This document shows positions 38,472 to 49,742 of a stretch of 64,000 bases of DNA, piece by piece. Both the position numbers and the translations under genes were made by a program. Each line of letters begins with the position of its first letter. The first letter of the stretch is position 1. Source of the DNA: Microbacteriaceae bacterium. GTDB lineage: Bacteria > Actinomycetota > Actinomycetes > Actinomycetales > Microbacteriaceae. The notes beneath the pieces are model-generated. The model worked only from the letters and a program-made list of their open reading frames with translations. It made no database searches and was not told the DNA's origin. The stretch covers positions 17,499-81,498 of the forward strand of contig CANGGK010000001.1 of the NCBI GenBank assembly GCA_947453475.1. The letters are read 5' to 3'.

Positions 38472-40073
38472 ATGACCCTAAAGGTAGTTACCTCGGGCAC
38501 CGCCTCTGGCGCCGTTGCCGAATTTGTTCCTGTTCTAGTTGCCGACAAGGTAGCCAGTCGAATTGCTGCCAAAGATTTCACTCTTTGGGGCAAGGATGCC
38601 GAGTCTGAATCATCAATCCGTTTGGGTTGGGTTAACTCTGCAAGCGACTCTGCTCCCCTAGTCGACTCGATCATCGCACTTCGTGAAGAATTTGCGGCAA
38701 AGGGTGTGACTCGATTCGTGCTTTGCGGCATGGGTGGTTCATCTTTGGCTCCAGAGGTAATCACTCGCACCGCCGGCGTTGAATTGGTTGTGCTTGACTC
38801 TACCGATGCCGATCAGGTTGGTGACGCCCTAGGCGGCGACCTAAAAAAGACCGCGATCATCGTTTCATCCAAGTCGGGTTCGACCGTTGAGACCGACTCG
38901 CAGAAGCGCGTCTTCGAAAAGGCTTTCACCGATGCGGGCATCGACAAGACCGACCGCGTGGTCATCGTGACCGACCCTGGTTCACCGATGGAGGCCGCAG
39001 CCAAGGCCGATGGTTACCGAATCTTCAACGCCGACCCAAACGTAGGTGGCCGCTACAGCGCACTAACCGCATTTGGAGTGGTTCCTTCGGGTCTAGCCGG
39101 CGTTGACGTCGCCGCTCTTCTTGCAGAAGCGCGCGAAGTCGCCCCCCTTCTAGCCAGCGATTCTGCAGAAAACCCTGCCCTGGTTCTAGGTGCGGCCTTG
39201 GCCAAGACCTATGGTGAATATGGCTACCGCGACAAGATTGGAATCGTCACCGACGGCACCCCAATCGTTGGGTTCGGCGACTGGGCCGAGCAGCTGATTG
39301 CCGAATCAACTGGCAAGATCGGAAAGGGCATCCTTCCGGTTGTTCTTGCCCCTAAGAGCCAAGAGCTTCACTCGGGTCTTGCCGACCTTCTTGCCATTCG
39401 CGTGGTTGCCGATGCAACCACCGTTGGTGGCGACGAAGTTGCGGTTTCTGGCCCACTCGGTGCCCAGTTCCTACTTTGGGAGTACGCAACCGTAATCGCT
39501 AGCCGACTAATCGGAATCAACCCGTTTGACCAGCCAGACGTAGAGTCTGCGAAGATTGCAGCACGCGGCATGCTCGAACAGCGCGACGCGGTCATCCCAG
39601 CTCAGTTTGAAAACGTTGGCATCGAAGTTCGTTCAACCTCGCTAGAACTTGGTTCGGCTTCAACTGTTGCAGAGGCAATCAAGTTGCTCTTGGCTCAGGT
39701 TTCAGACGACGACGGCTACCTTTCGGTTCAGGCTTACCTAGACCGCACCTCGGTTCCAGAGGCCGCCGAGCTTCGTGACCTTTTTGCTAAGGCCACACGA
39801 CGCCCGGTGACTTTTGGTTGGGCTCCTCGTTTCTTGCACTCAACCGGTCAGTACCACAAGGGTGGCCCGCGCCAGGGTGTTTACCTTCAGATCATCGCTA
39901 AGGCAACACAGGACATCCAGGTTCCTGGTCGTGACTTCAGTTTCGGCGAGCTAATCGCTTCGCAAGCTGCCGGTGACGCCAAGGTTCTAGGTGCCCTAGG
40001 CCGACCAGTGCTAACCCTTACCTTGGGTGAAGCAAAGGCCGGCCTAGAAGCAATCAAGAACGCAATCGCTTAA
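38472..40073 (+). CDS. pgi: Glucose-6-phosphate isomerase (type related to the PGI half of Tal-Pgi fusions)
   Basis: GMGGSSL, SSKSGST.ET, GGRYSAL, QLIAESTGK, NPFDQPDVE. Confidence 0.93.
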   Translation: MTLKVVTSGTASGAVAEFVPVLVADKVASRIAAKDFTLWGKDAESESSIRLGWVNSASDSAPLVDSIIALREEFAAKGVTRFVLCGMGGSSLAPEVITRTAGVELVVLDSTDADQVGDALGGDLKKTAIIVSSKSGSTVETDSQKRVFEKAFTDAGIDKTDRVVIVTDPGSPMEAAAKADGYRIFNADPNVGGRYSALTAFGVVPSGLAGVDVAALLAEAREVAPLLASDSAENPALVLGAALAKTYGEYGYRDKIGIVTDGTPIVGFGDWAEQLIAESTGKIGKGILPVVLAPKSQELHSGLADLLAIRVVADATTVGGDEVAVSGPLGAQFLLWEYATVIASRLIGINPFDQPDVESAKIAARGMLEQRDAVIPAQFENVGIEVRSTSLELGSASTVAEAIKLLLAQVSDDDGYLSVQAYLDRTSVPEAAELRDLFAKATRRPVTFGWAPRFLHSTGQYHKGGPRQGVYLQIIAKATQDIQVPGRDFSFGELIASQAAGDAKVLGALGRPVLTLTLGEAKAGLEAIKNAIA

Positions 40074-40087
40074 GGATATAAATCTCG

Positions 40088-41626
40088 ATGAGTCAGCTCT
40101 CTGCGGGTAACAACCCGCTACGCGATCCAGCAGATCGCCGTCTAAACCGCATCGCGGGCCCTAGCAGCCTCGTGATCTTCGGTGTTACCGGTGACCTCTC
40201 TCGCAAGAAACTAATGCCGGCGGTCTACGACCTTGCCAACCGCGGTCTTTTGCCACCGGGCTTCGCGCTCGTCGGTTTCGCCCGTCGCGACTGGGCCGAC
40301 CAAGACTTCGGTGCTCAGGTGAAAGAAGCCGTAAAGCAGTATGCCCGCACGCCCTGGTCTGAAGAGGTTTGGGAACAGCTTGCTACCGGTATTCGTTTTG
40401 TTTCAGGTGAGTTCGACGACGATGCGGCTTTTGACCGCCTCAAAGAGACCATTGAAAAACTAGATAAAGAGCGTGGCACCAACGGTAACCATGCTTTCTA
40501 CCTTTCGATCCCGCCAAAGGCTTTTGCTCAGGTTTGCCAGCAGTTGTCTCGCAGCGGTTTGGCATCGCCAAAGCCTGACGAATTCCGTCGAGTGGTTATC
40601 GAGAAGCCATTCGGCCACGATTTGCAGTCTTCGCGCGATCTAAACGATGTCGTCGAGTCGGTTTTTCCACCTGAGTCTGTGTTCCGCATTGACCACTATC
40701 TAGGTAAAGAAACAGTTCAAAACATCCTTGCCCTTCGCTTCGCGAACCAGATGTTTGAACCGCTTTGGAATGCCAACCACATCGACCACGTGCAGATCAC
40801 CATGGCCGAAGACATCGGTGTTGGTGGTCGTGCCGGATACTACGACGGCATCGGTGCAGCCCGAGACGTCATCCAGAACCACTTGCTACAGTTGCTTGCC
40901 TTGACCGCGATGGAAGAACCGGTTTCATTCGATGCCGATGACCTTCGTGCCGAAAAGGAAAAGGTTTTGTCTGCCGTACGTTTGCCTAAGGACCTCGGTA
41001 AGCACACCGCTCGCGGCCAGTATGCCGGCGGTTGGCAGGGTGGCGAAAACGTGCTCGGATTCCTCGAAGAGGACGGCATGAACCCTGAGTCGATCTCAGA
41101 AACCTATGCTGCCATGCGACTAGACATCAACACCCGCCGCTGGGCTGGTGTGCCGTTCTATCTGCGCGCCGGAAAGCGACTTGGTCGTCGAGTCACCGAA
41201 ATCGCGGTTGTGTTCAAGCGTGCACCGCAGCAGTTGTTTGCCGAGAGCCAGACCTCTGCGCTCGGTGCAAACGCTCTGGTTATCCGAGTGCAGCCTGACG
41301 AAGGAGTAACCATTCGTTTCGGCTCTAAGGTGCCTGGTGTTGGCATGCAGGTTCGAGACGTGACCATGGACTTCGGTTACGGTCACGCTTTCACCGAGGC
41401 TAGCCCTGAGGCTTACGAGCGATTAATCCTCGACGTGCTTTTGGGTGACGCTCCCCTGTTCCCGCGCCACCGTGAAGTTGAACTTTCTTGGATGATTCTT
41501 GACCCAATCGAGGAATATTGGGCCAAGCAGCCTGGCCAGCCAGAGCAATATCGACCTGGCACCTGGGGCCCATCATCTGCCGACGAAATGCTGTCTCGCG
41601 ACGGCCGAGCTTGGAGAATTCCGTGA
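40088..41626 (+). CDS. zwf: Glucose-6-phosphate dehydrogenase
   Basis: GVTGDL, IEKPFG, RIDHYLGKE. Confidence 0.98.
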   Translation: MSQLSAGNNPLRDPADRRLNRIAGPSSLVIFGVTGDLSRKKLMPAVYDLANRGLLPPGFALVGFARRDWADQDFGAQVKEAVKQYARTPWSEEVWEQLATGIRFVSGEFDDDAAFDRLKETIEKLDKERGTNGNHAFYLSIPPKAFAQVCQQLSRSGLASPKPDEFRRVVIEKPFGHDLQSSRDLNDVVESVFPPESVFRIDHYLGKETVQNILALRFANQMFEPLWNANHIDHVQITMAEDIGVGGRAGYYDGIGAARDVIQNHLLQLLALTAMEEPVSFDADDLRAEKEKVLSAVRLPKDLGKHTARGQYAGGWQGGENVLGFLEEDGMNPESISETYAAMRLDINTRRWAGVPFYLRAGKRLGRRVTEIAVVFKRAPQQLFAESQTSALGANALVIRVQPDEGVTIRFGSKVPGVGMQVRDVTMDFGYGHAFTEASPEAYERLILDVLLGDAPLFPRHREVELSWMILDPIEEYWAKQPGQPEQYRPGTWGPSSADEMLSRDGRAWRIP

Positions 41627-42546
41627 TCAAGTCACTTCCGAACACCACCATCAGCAAGGTCTCCAAGGCCTTGGTCACTATCCGTGAAGAAGGTGGCGCC
41701 GTTGCTCTTGGCCGCGTTCTGACCCTCATCATCGAAACCGACTTGGATGGTCTAGAGCGTGCAATCAAGGCCGCCAACGACGCCTCCCGTGAGCACCCTT
41801 GCCGCGTCATTGTGTTGGCAAATGAAGTCAACGCCAGTGCACAAGATGCCCGACTAGACGCTGAAATTCGAGTCGGTGGCGACGCCGGCGCATCAGAGGT
41901 AATCGTCCTTCGTGCCTACGGAGAGGCTGCTGCCGACGGTGAGAGCCTAGTTACCGGACTGCTGCTGCCTGACGCCCCTGTGGTTGCCTGGTGGCCAGAT
42001 CAGGCCCCTGAGAAGGCCGCTACCTCGTCGATTGGCCGCATTGCGACCCGCCGCATCACCGACGCGGCTAGCCAGAAAGACCCAAACGCCTTCTTGAAGC
42101 ACCTAGCGGCTACCTACACGCCGGGCGACAGCGACTTCGCTTGGACTCGTTTGACTCTGTGGCGAGCCCAGTTGGCTGCCATCCTTGACCAGCCACCATA
42201 CGACGCGGTTACCGCGATTGACGTAACCGGTGCGAGCGATTCCCCGAGCACCGACCTGCTGGCTGCTTGGCTAGAAATTCAGCTAAAAATTAAGGTGAAC
42301 GTTGTTCGCAGTGATCGTGGCCACGCAGTTGCCGGTATAAAGGGTGTAAAGCTTCACCGCGCATCTGGCGATATTGAAATCGTGCGCAACGTGCCTGACG
42401 TTGCCACCTTGATTCAGCCGACCCAGCCTACGCGCGAAATTAGCCTTCCACGCCGAAGCCTCCGCGACTGCCTGGCCGAAGACCTCCGTCGCTTAGACCC
42501 GGATGACCTGTTTGGCAAGGTAATCACCAAGGGTTTCGGTAAGTAA
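41623..42546 (+). CDS. opcA: G6PDH assembly protein OpcA
   Basis: SREHPCRVI, LLLPDAPVVAWW, DFAWTRLT.WR; GTGA overlap with zwf. Confidence 0.94.
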   Translation: MIKSLPNTTISKVSKALVTIREEGGAVALGRVLTLIIETDLDGLERAIKAANDASREHPCRVIVLANEVNASAQDARLDAEIRVGGDAGASEVIVLRAYGEAAADGESLVTGLLLPDAPVVAWWPDQAPEKAATSSIGRIATRRITDAASQKDPNAFLKHLAATYTPGDSDFAWTRLTLWRAQLAAILDQPPYDAVTAIDVTGASDSPSTDLLAAWLEIQLKIKVNVVRSDRGHAVAGIKGVKLHRASGDIEIVRNVPDVATLIQPTQPTREISLPRRSLRDCLAEDLRRLDPDDLFGKVITKGFGK

Positions 42547-43268
42547 TGACCGTTGTCGTCAACCGTTTCAAGGATGGCAACTCGGTTGCCCGGAATGTTG
42601 CCGAAGCGTTCTTCGTCAAGATGGACGAGGTGCTGGCGGTAAAGGCCGAAGCCAACGTTGCGATCACCGGCGGAACAGTGGGCATTGCGACACTCGCCGA
42701 GATTGCCGCCCATGACCGTGCGGCTAACTTTGACTTCAACCGCGTGAACTTTTGGTGGGGTGACGAGCGTTTTGTTTCTGCCACCGATGGTGACCGCAAC
42801 TCGCTGCAGGCACACAACGCGCTTTTTTCCAAAATCAAGATTGACTCTTCGAAATTGCACCCTTTTCCGAGTGCCGATAACGGCCTTACCCTGGATGCCG
42901 CTGCCGAGCAGTTCGCAGCCTACGTTGCCGAGGTAAAACCACACTTCGACTTGGTCTTTCTTGGCATGGGCCCTGATGGGCACATCAACAGCCTTTTTCC
43001 AGGTAAAACGATTCCGGCTGCCGGACTTCAAATTGTTGCCGAGCACGACTCACCTAAGCCGCCGGCACAGCGCCTGACCTTCACTTACGAGGCGATGAAT
43101 GCCGCCGATGAGATTTGGTTCACAATTGCCGGTGCAGATAAGGCAGATGCAGTGAATGTGGCGTTCGGAGATGACCCAACTTCGCTTCCGGTTGGGCGCG
43201 TTCACGGCGTCAAGAAGACCGTGTGGTTTGTTGATCAGACAGCCGGCGCTACCACCTGGGGTTGCTAG
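42546..43268 (+). CDS. pgl: 6-phosphogluconolactonase
   Basis: TGG, WGDERFV, LGMGPDGH.NSLFP, SPKPP..RLT. Confidence 0.96.
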   Translation: MTVVVNRFKDGNSVARNVAEAFFVKMDEVLAVKAEANVAITGGTVGIATLAEIAAHDRAANFDFNRVNFWWGDERFVSATDGDRNSLQAHNALFSKIKIDSSKLHPFPSADNGLTLDAAAEQFAAYVAEVKPHFDLVFLGMGPDGHINSLFPGKTIPAAGLQIVAEHDSPKPPAQRLTFTYEAMNAADEIWFTIAGADKADAVNVAFGDDPTSLPVGRVHGVKKTVWFVDQTAGATTWGC

Positions 43269-43275
43269 CTAGTTT

Positions 43276-43656
43276 TTAGTCGTTTGCTGAAGCAGCTTCT
43301 GCCAGGCGAACACGACGCTCGCGCACTGCGGCAACTGCCTCTTCTAGAAGCTCTTTTGCCTCGTCATCGGTGCGACGCTCTTTTACGTAAGCAAGGTGAG
43401 TCTTGTATGGTTCGTGCTTGGCAATGACCGGCGGGTTGTCTTTATCTTGGCCTGCTGGCAAACCACAGTTTGGGCAATCTAGAAATTCCGGAATCTCAAT
43501 GGCTTCAACATTCGCTGCAAAGGCACGATTGGTTGCGTGGCCATTTGAGCAGTAGTAGTTGCGCTCAACGCGAGCAGCCTGATAACCGCGATCTGCCTCA
43601 CCCATCGGGCCGGCGCCAACGCGTGAACCACGAATTGCTGAACCAGCGTTAGCCAT
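43276..43656 (-). CDS. rbpA: RNA polymerase-binding protein RbpA
   Basis: AIRGSRVGAG, Y.CSNGH, CPNCG, KTHLAYVKERR. Confidence 0.92.
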   Translation of the reverse strand: MANAGSAIRGSRVGAGPMGEADRGYQAARVERNYYCSNGHATNRAFAANVEAIEIPEFLDCPNCGLPAGQDKDNPPVIAKHEPYKTHLAYVKERRTDDEAKELLEEAVAAVRERRVRLAEAASAND

Positions 43657-43696
43657 ACTTAGCTCCTTGTGAGATGCCTAGTTGATTTCGAAGAAA

Positions 43697-43948
43697 TTAA
43701 GCCACTAGGTGGAAGCGGGTGAATAGACCAAGGGTGATGATTACCACGATCCAAACCACACCCAGGATGATGGTGATGCGGTTTAGGTTGCGCTCGGCAA
43801 CACCAGAGGTGCCAAGTGCAGAGGTAACGCCGCCACCGAACATGTCTGATAGACCGCCGCCGCGACCCTTGTGAAGAAGAATCAGAAGGGTTAGAAGAAG
43901 TGAGGTGATTGCTAGAAGCACCTGAAGTGCAATCTGTAGTGCGGCCAT
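43697..43948 (-). CDS. secG: Preprotein translocase subunit SecG
   Basis: ILLHKGRGGGLSDMFGGG, ERNLNRIT. Confidence 0.96.
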   Translation of the reverse strand: MAALQIALQVLLAITSLLLTLLILLHKGRGGGLSDMFGGGVTSALGTSGVAERNLNRITIILGVVWIVVIITLGLFTRFHLVA

Positions 43949-43984
43949 GACGCGGAATCCTTTAGTTGTAGCGGTCTTCTGAAA

Positions 43985-44770
43985 TTATAGGGCGATGTGC
44001 TTCAAGAAACGAGCAATACCGCTGAACTCTTCGGCATCTAGGCTGGCTCCACCCACGAGAACACCATCAACTTCGGTGCTGCGCAGGAAGCCGGCAACGT
44101 TGTTTGCCTTGACCGAACCACCGTAAAGAATGCGAGTAGCCTGAGCTAGTTCTTCGCCGAACTCGTTGGCCAGCGCCTCACGAATTTTGCCACAGACGGC
44201 TGCTGCCTCTTCTGCGGTTGCAACCTTGCCGGTGCCGATTGCCCATACTGGCTCGTAGGCAATGACGAATTCGCCAAGTTTGTCGTGGCCGGCAAGAGCA
44301 GCAAGAGTCTGGCGAACCGGAACGGCGCTTTGACCCTCAGACTCAAGTTCTTCAAGAGTTTCGCCAACACAGATCACTGGAATCAATCCGTGGCGGAAAG
44401 CAGATGCGGTCTTTGCCTGGATTACATCGTCGCCCTCTGAGTGGTACTGGCGGCGTTCTGAGTGGCCTACGAGAACGTACTTGACGTCAAGTTTGCTTAG
44501 GAACGCTCCCGATACCTCACCGGTGTAAGCGCCTGAATCAAACTTTGAAAGGTCCTGTGCACCTAGACCAAGCTCTAGCTTGTCGGCATCCATGAGAGTC
44601 TGAACCGAACGAATGTCGGTGAAAGGCGGAAAGACTACGACCTCGGTGGTCTTGTAGTCGTGGTCTGCATCGTTCAGAGTCCAAGAAAGTTTCTGTACCA
44701 AGGCAATTGCCTGCTGGTGGTCGAGATTCATCTTCCAGTTGCCAGCGATTAGCGGAACGCGATTAGCCAT
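43985..44770 (-). CDS. tpiA: Triosephosphate isomerase
   Basis: AGNWKMN, GHSERR, AYEPVWAIGTG, YGGSV. Confidence 0.98.
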   Translation of the reverse strand: MANRVPLIAGNWKMNLDHQQAIALVQKLSWTLNDADHDYKTTEVVVFPPFTDIRSVQTLMDADKLELGLGAQDLSKFDSGAYTGEVSGAFLSKLDVKYVLVGHSERRQYHSEGDDVIQAKTASAFRHGLIPVICVGETLEELESEGQSAVPVRQTLAALAGHDKLGEFVIAYEPVWAIGTGKVATAEEAAAVCGKIREALANEFGEELAQATRILYGGSVKANNVAGFLRSTEVDGVLVGGASLDAEEFSGIARFLKHIAL

Positions 44771-44788
44771 TTTTTAGTGGCCCTTCTA

Positions 44789-45994
44789 TTAGTCGTTTAG
44801 TACTTCGATGCCGGGAAGCTTTTTGCCCTCGAGGAACTCGAGGCTAGCGCCGCCACCGGTAGAAATGTGACCGAACTGGTCGTCTGAGAATCCAAGGATG
44901 CGAACCGCAGCGGCAGAGTCGCCACCACCAACAACGCTTAGACCTTGAACTTCGGTTAGAGCCTTGGCAACCGCACGGGTTCCATTGGCAAATTTATCGA
45001 TTTCGAAAACGCCCATTGGGCCGTTCCAGAAGACGGTTTTTGAAGATGCAATTTCAGCAGCAAAACGGGCAGCTGACTCTGGGCCAATGTCGAGGCCTAG
45101 ACCCTTTTCGCCGAATGGGCTTGACTCGATTTCATGGGCAGAAGTTACTGCAACCTCTGCGTCGGCACCAAACTTTGAGGCAACCACGATGTCGGAAGGA
45201 AGAATGACTTCGATGCCTAGTTCGGCTGCACGCTTTAGGTACTCTTTGCAGGTGTCAATTTGGTCTACCTCGAGGAGGCTTGACCCTACCTTGTAACCCT
45301 GGGCTGCCAGGAAGGTGAACACCATTCCGCCACCGACGAGAAGCTTGTTCACGGTAGGTAGTAGGTGGTCGATAACACCAAGCTTGTCGCTAACCTTTGA
45401 ACCACCGAGCACAACCGCGTATGGGCGCTCTGGGGTGCTGGTTAGTCGAGTAAGAACATCGAGCTCTTTCTCGATGAGTAGGCCAACTGCGCTTGGCAGG
45501 GCCTTGGCGAGTTCATAAACAGATGCCTGCTTTCGGTGCACTACACCGAAGCCGTCACTGATGAAATATTCGCCGAACTCGGCAAGTTTTGCGGCGAACG
45601 CTTCGCGCTCGGCGGCATCCTTGCTGGTCTCGCCCGGGTTGAATCGAAGGTTCTCAAGAACCACAACTCCCCCGTTGTCGAGTGCCTTCACGGCACCCCG
45701 TGCCTCGCTGCCGACGGTGTCGGAAGCGAAGAACACAGGCTGACCTAGAAGTTCGCCAAGGCGCTTTGCAGCAGGCTCTAGCGAGTACTTAGCTTCAGGC
45801 GCACCCTCTGGGCGACCAAGGTGTGAAATAACGACGACCTTGGCGCCCTGATCGACCAAATACTTGATGGTTGGAACTGAGGCAACAATGCGACCGTCAT
45901 CGGTGATGCGGGTTCCGTCTAGCGGAACGTTTAGGTCGCAGCGGATGATTACCCGCTTACCGTCAAGGTTTGGCAGATCTGAGAGTTTACGCAT
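44789..45994 (-). CDS. pgk: Phosphoglycerate kinase
   Basis: DLNVP, SHLGRP, LENLRF, WNGPMGVFE, STGGGASLE. Confidence 0.98.
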   Translation of the reverse strand: MRKLSDLPNLDGKRVIIRCDLNVPLDGTRITDDGRIVASVPTIKYLVDQGAKVVVISHLGRPEGAPEAKYSLEPAAKRLGELLGQPVFFASDTVGSEARGAVKALDNGGVVVLENLRFNPGETSKDAAEREAFAAKLAEFGEYFISDGFGVVHRKQASVYELAKALPSAVGLLIEKELDVLTRLTSTPERPYAVVLGGSKVSDKLGVIDHLLPTVNKLLVGGGMVFTFLAAQGYKVGSSLLEVDQIDTCKEYLKRAAELGIEVILPSDIVVASKFGADAEVAVTSAHEIESSPFGEKGLGLDIGPESAARFAAEIASSKTVFWNGPMGVFEIDKFANGTRAVAKALTEVQGLSVVGGGDSAAAVRILGFSDDQFGHISTGGGASLEFLEGKKLPGIEVLND

Positions 45995-45998
45995 GACT

Positions 45999-47006
<1,008 letters not shown>

Positions 47007-47130
47007 TTAGTTCTCCAAATGGTTTGGGCGCCCCAAAAAAGGCGCGTGATTTTGGTTTGATTATTTTGGTGATTCGCCACGCGCCGTTGGGTGGAAAAAC
47101 TAGTCCCAGACTAGCAGTAAATGACGTTTT

Positions 47131-47730
47131 TTAGGCGCGAGCCGCTTCGAAACGCGCCTGAACGTCTGCCCAGTTGATGATGTTCCAGAAGGCCTTGACG
47201 TAGTCGCCCTTTACGTTGACATAGTCAAGGTAGAAAGCGTGCTCCCACATGTCGAGCATGAGTAGCGGAACGCTTCCGGCTACTACGTTGCCCTGCTGGT
47301 CGTAAAGCTGCTCGATGATCAGGCGCTTGCCAAGTGAGTCCCAAGCCAAGAAGCTCCAACCAGAACCCTGGATACCCATGGCGCTTGCGTTGAAGTGAGC
47401 CTGGAATGCCTCGAAAGAGCCGAAGAATTCATTGATGGCAGCAGCTAGTTCACCCTGTGGGCGGTCGCTGTTTGCCGGAGCGAGGTTGTTCCAGAAGATT
47501 GAGTGGTTTACGTGGCCGCCCAGGTGGAAGGCGAGGTCCTTCTGAAGCTTGTTTACCCAGGTGAAGTCATTCTTCGCGCGTGCCTCTTCGAGCAGGTCGA
47601 TGGTCGCGTTTGCGCCGGCAACGTACGCAGCGTGGTGCTTTGAGTGGTGAAGCTCCATGATGCGTGCCGAGATGCTTGGCTCTAGCGCTGCGTAGTCGTA
47701 GGTGAGTTCCGGAAGAACGTACTTGCTCAT
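47131..47730 (-). CDS. sodA: Superoxide dismutase (Mn/Fe)
   Basis: [20 protein letters not shown]. Confidence 0.97.
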   Translation of the reverse strand: MSKYVLPELTYDYAALEPSISARIMELHHSKHHAAYVAGANATIDLLEEARAKNDFTWVNKLQKDLAFHLGGHVNHSIFWNNLAPANSDRPQGELAAAINEFFGSFEAFQAHFNASAMGIQGSGWSFLAWDSLGKRLIIEQLYDQQGNVVAGSVPLLMLDMWEHAFYLDYVNVKGDYVKAFWNIINWADVQARFEAARA

Positions 47731-47788
47731 TATTTGCTCCTTGATAGGTGTTAAAGGGTCTAGTCGGGTTGAGGTGCGGATTATTCCG

Positions 47789-48766
47789 CTATTCCTCTAG
47801 GTCGTCTGGGATGAATGCGTCGGTTGCCGGCAAACCATTGTCAGCTGCGTGCTTGTCTGCCATGGCTAGAAGGCGGCGAATGCGACCGGCAATCGCATCC
47901 TTGGTCATCGGCGGGTCTGAAAGGTGGCCAAGTTCATCCAAGCTTGCCTGCTTGTGCTTCAGGCGAAGCTCACCTGCGTAGCGGAGGTGCTCTGGGATGC
48001 CAGGGCCAAGAAGCTCCAGAGCGCGCTCAACGCGGGCTCCGGCGGCAACAGCAGCCTGGGCAGAACGACGCAGATTGGCGTCGTCAAAGTTAGCCAGACG
48101 GTTGGCGGTAGCGCGAACCTCGCGGCGCAAGCGCATTTCTTCCCAACGCAAGACCTGAGTGTGAGCACCAATTTGGGTGAGCAGTGTTGCGATAGCCTCA
48201 CCCTCGCGAATTACTACGCGGTAGACGCCGCGCACCTCGCGAGCCTTGGCGATTACACCAAGACGTCGTGCTACTCCAACTAGGGCCATAGCCGCTTCAT
48301 TGCCCGGTGCAGTGATTTCGAGTGCTGCCGACCGACCTGGGTCGGTAAGTGAGCCGTGAGCCAAGAATGCTCCTCGCCAAACAGCCTGAGCTTCTTCGAT
48401 CGACCCCGAAACCAGCGTTGCAGGAAGACCTCGAACCGGGCGACCGCGGCTATCTAGCAGGCCAGTTTGGCGAGCCAGAACATCACCCTGCTTGACAACG
48501 CGAACCTGGTATCGGCTTGTGCGGCGAATGCCACTCGGAGAAATGATTGCCAGATCGCTTTCGATGCCGAACAGCTCGGCAAGGTCTTTGCGAACTCTTC
48601 GGGCGAGCTGAGCGGTGTCGAGTTCAACCTCAATCGCGATTCGACCCGAGATTAGGTGTAATCCCCCGGTGAAACGCAAAATCGTCGACAGTTCGGCGAC
48701 TCGAACCGAGCTCTTGGTGATCTCGATTCTTGCTAGTTCATCTTTTACATCTGCAGTAAGCGCCAT
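47789..48766 (-). CDS. whiA: DNA-binding protein WhiA
   Basis: [37 protein letters not shown]. Confidence 0.97.
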   Translation of the reverse strand: MALTADVKDELARIEITKSSVRVAELSTILRFTGGLHLISGRIAIEVELDTAQLARRVRKDLAELFGIESDLAIISPSGIRRTSRYQVRVVKQGDVLARQTGLLDSRGRPVRGLPATLVSGSIEEAQAVWRGAFLAHGSLTDPGRSAALEITAPGNEAAMALVGVARRLGVIAKAREVRGVYRVVIREGEAIATLLTQIGAHTQVLRWEEMRLRREVRATANRLANFDDANLRRSAQAAVAAGARVERALELLGPGIPEHLRYAGELRLKHKQASLDELGHLSDPPMTKDAIAGRIRRLLAMADKHAADNGLPATDAFIPDDLEE

Positions 48767-48770
48767 CGCA

Positions 48771-49646
48771 TTACTCCTTGCCTAAATCGCGGTGTTTGAT
48801 ACTGACGGCAACGTCAGGCAGTTTTTCTAGTTCGGCAGCGATTCGGCGGCTGACGGCCACCGACCGATGTTTACCCCCGGTGCAACCAACTGCGATGGTT
48901 GCATAACGCTTGTTTTCGCGCAGGTACCCGGCCAAGACTGGCTTGAGTGCTGCAACGTAGTTTGCGATGAACTCTTCTGCGCCCTCTTGCTCGAGCACAT
49001 AGCCGCTTACCGCGGCATCTTCACCGGTGAATGGGCGAAGGCTCTCTTGCCAGAAAGGGTTTGGCAAGAAGCGGGCATCGGCAACCAAATCGGCATCTGA
49101 CGGCAGGCCGTACTTGAAGCCGAAACTCATCACGGTGACTTGAAGGCGCTGGGCGCTCTCAATCGAGAAGCCATCAGAAATCTTGTTTGAAAGCTGGTGG
49201 ATGTTCAGGTCGCTAGTGTCGATGATGACGTCGGCAGACTCTCTCAGGCTGAGCAACTGATTGCGCTCTGCGCCAATGCCATCAAGGATGGTGCCATTGC
49301 CCTGAAGCGGGTGAGGGCGGCGAACCGATTCGAAACGTTTGACCAACGCTGGGTCGGTTGCCTCTAGGAATAACACGCGTAGGTTGAGGTCGCGATCGCG
49401 AATGGCTGCCAGGCTCTGCGACAACTCGGCGAAAAACTCGCCTCCGCGCACGTCAATGACTACGGCTAAGCGAGGCAGTGGGGTTTTGGCCTGAGTGAAT
49501 AGGTCAGCAACCGGGCCGAGCATCTGAGGTGGCAGGTTATCAACTACATACCAACCGAGGTCTTCGAGGGCATTGCCGACGGTGGAACGGCCAGCGCCAG
49601 ACATGCCGGTCACGATAAGAAGTTCGTGCTTTTTTTCGGTGCTCAA
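48771..49646 (-). CDS. rapZ: RNase adapter / nucleotide-binding protein RapZ (YvcJ)
   Basis: [34 protein letters not shown]. Confidence 0.96.
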   Translation of the reverse strand: MSTEKKHELLIVTGMSGAGRSTVGNALEDLGWYVVDNLPPQMLGPVADLFTQAKTPLPRLAVVIDVRGGEFFAELSQSLAAIRDRDLNLRVLFLEATDPALVKRFESVRRPHPLQGNGTILDGIGAERNQLLSLRESADVIIDTSDLNIHQLSNKISDGFSIESAQRLQVTVMSFGFKYGLPSDADLVADARFLPNPFWQESLRPFTGEDAAVSGYVLEQEGAEEFIANYVAALKPVLAGYLRENKRYATIAVGCTGGKHRSVAVSRRIAAELEKLPDVAVSIKHRDLGKE

Positions 49647-49674
49647 GCGGAATCCCCTTTCGGCTCGTATGTCT

Positions 49675-49732
49675 CGGCGTGTCTCCCTATTTCTAGGGAG
49701 TAACCAAGAGTCTAGTGCCTCGCGACACGCCG
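49675..49732 (-). promoter_or_regulatory. rapZ-whiA promoter (-10 TAGACT at 49714-49709) flanked by inverted GACACGCCG boxes
   Basis: CGGCGTGTC (49675-49683) and GACACGCCG (49724-49732) form a perfect 9-bp inverted pair. Confidence 0.55.
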
Positions 49733-49742
49733 TAAGAAACTG

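Noticed and set aside
42414-43046. 210-aa antisense ORF over opcA/pgl (also the 201-aa ORF at 62466-63071 and many shorter ones)
   Set aside because: Shadow ORFs opposite well-supported genes or across a tRNA, with no recognisable motifs
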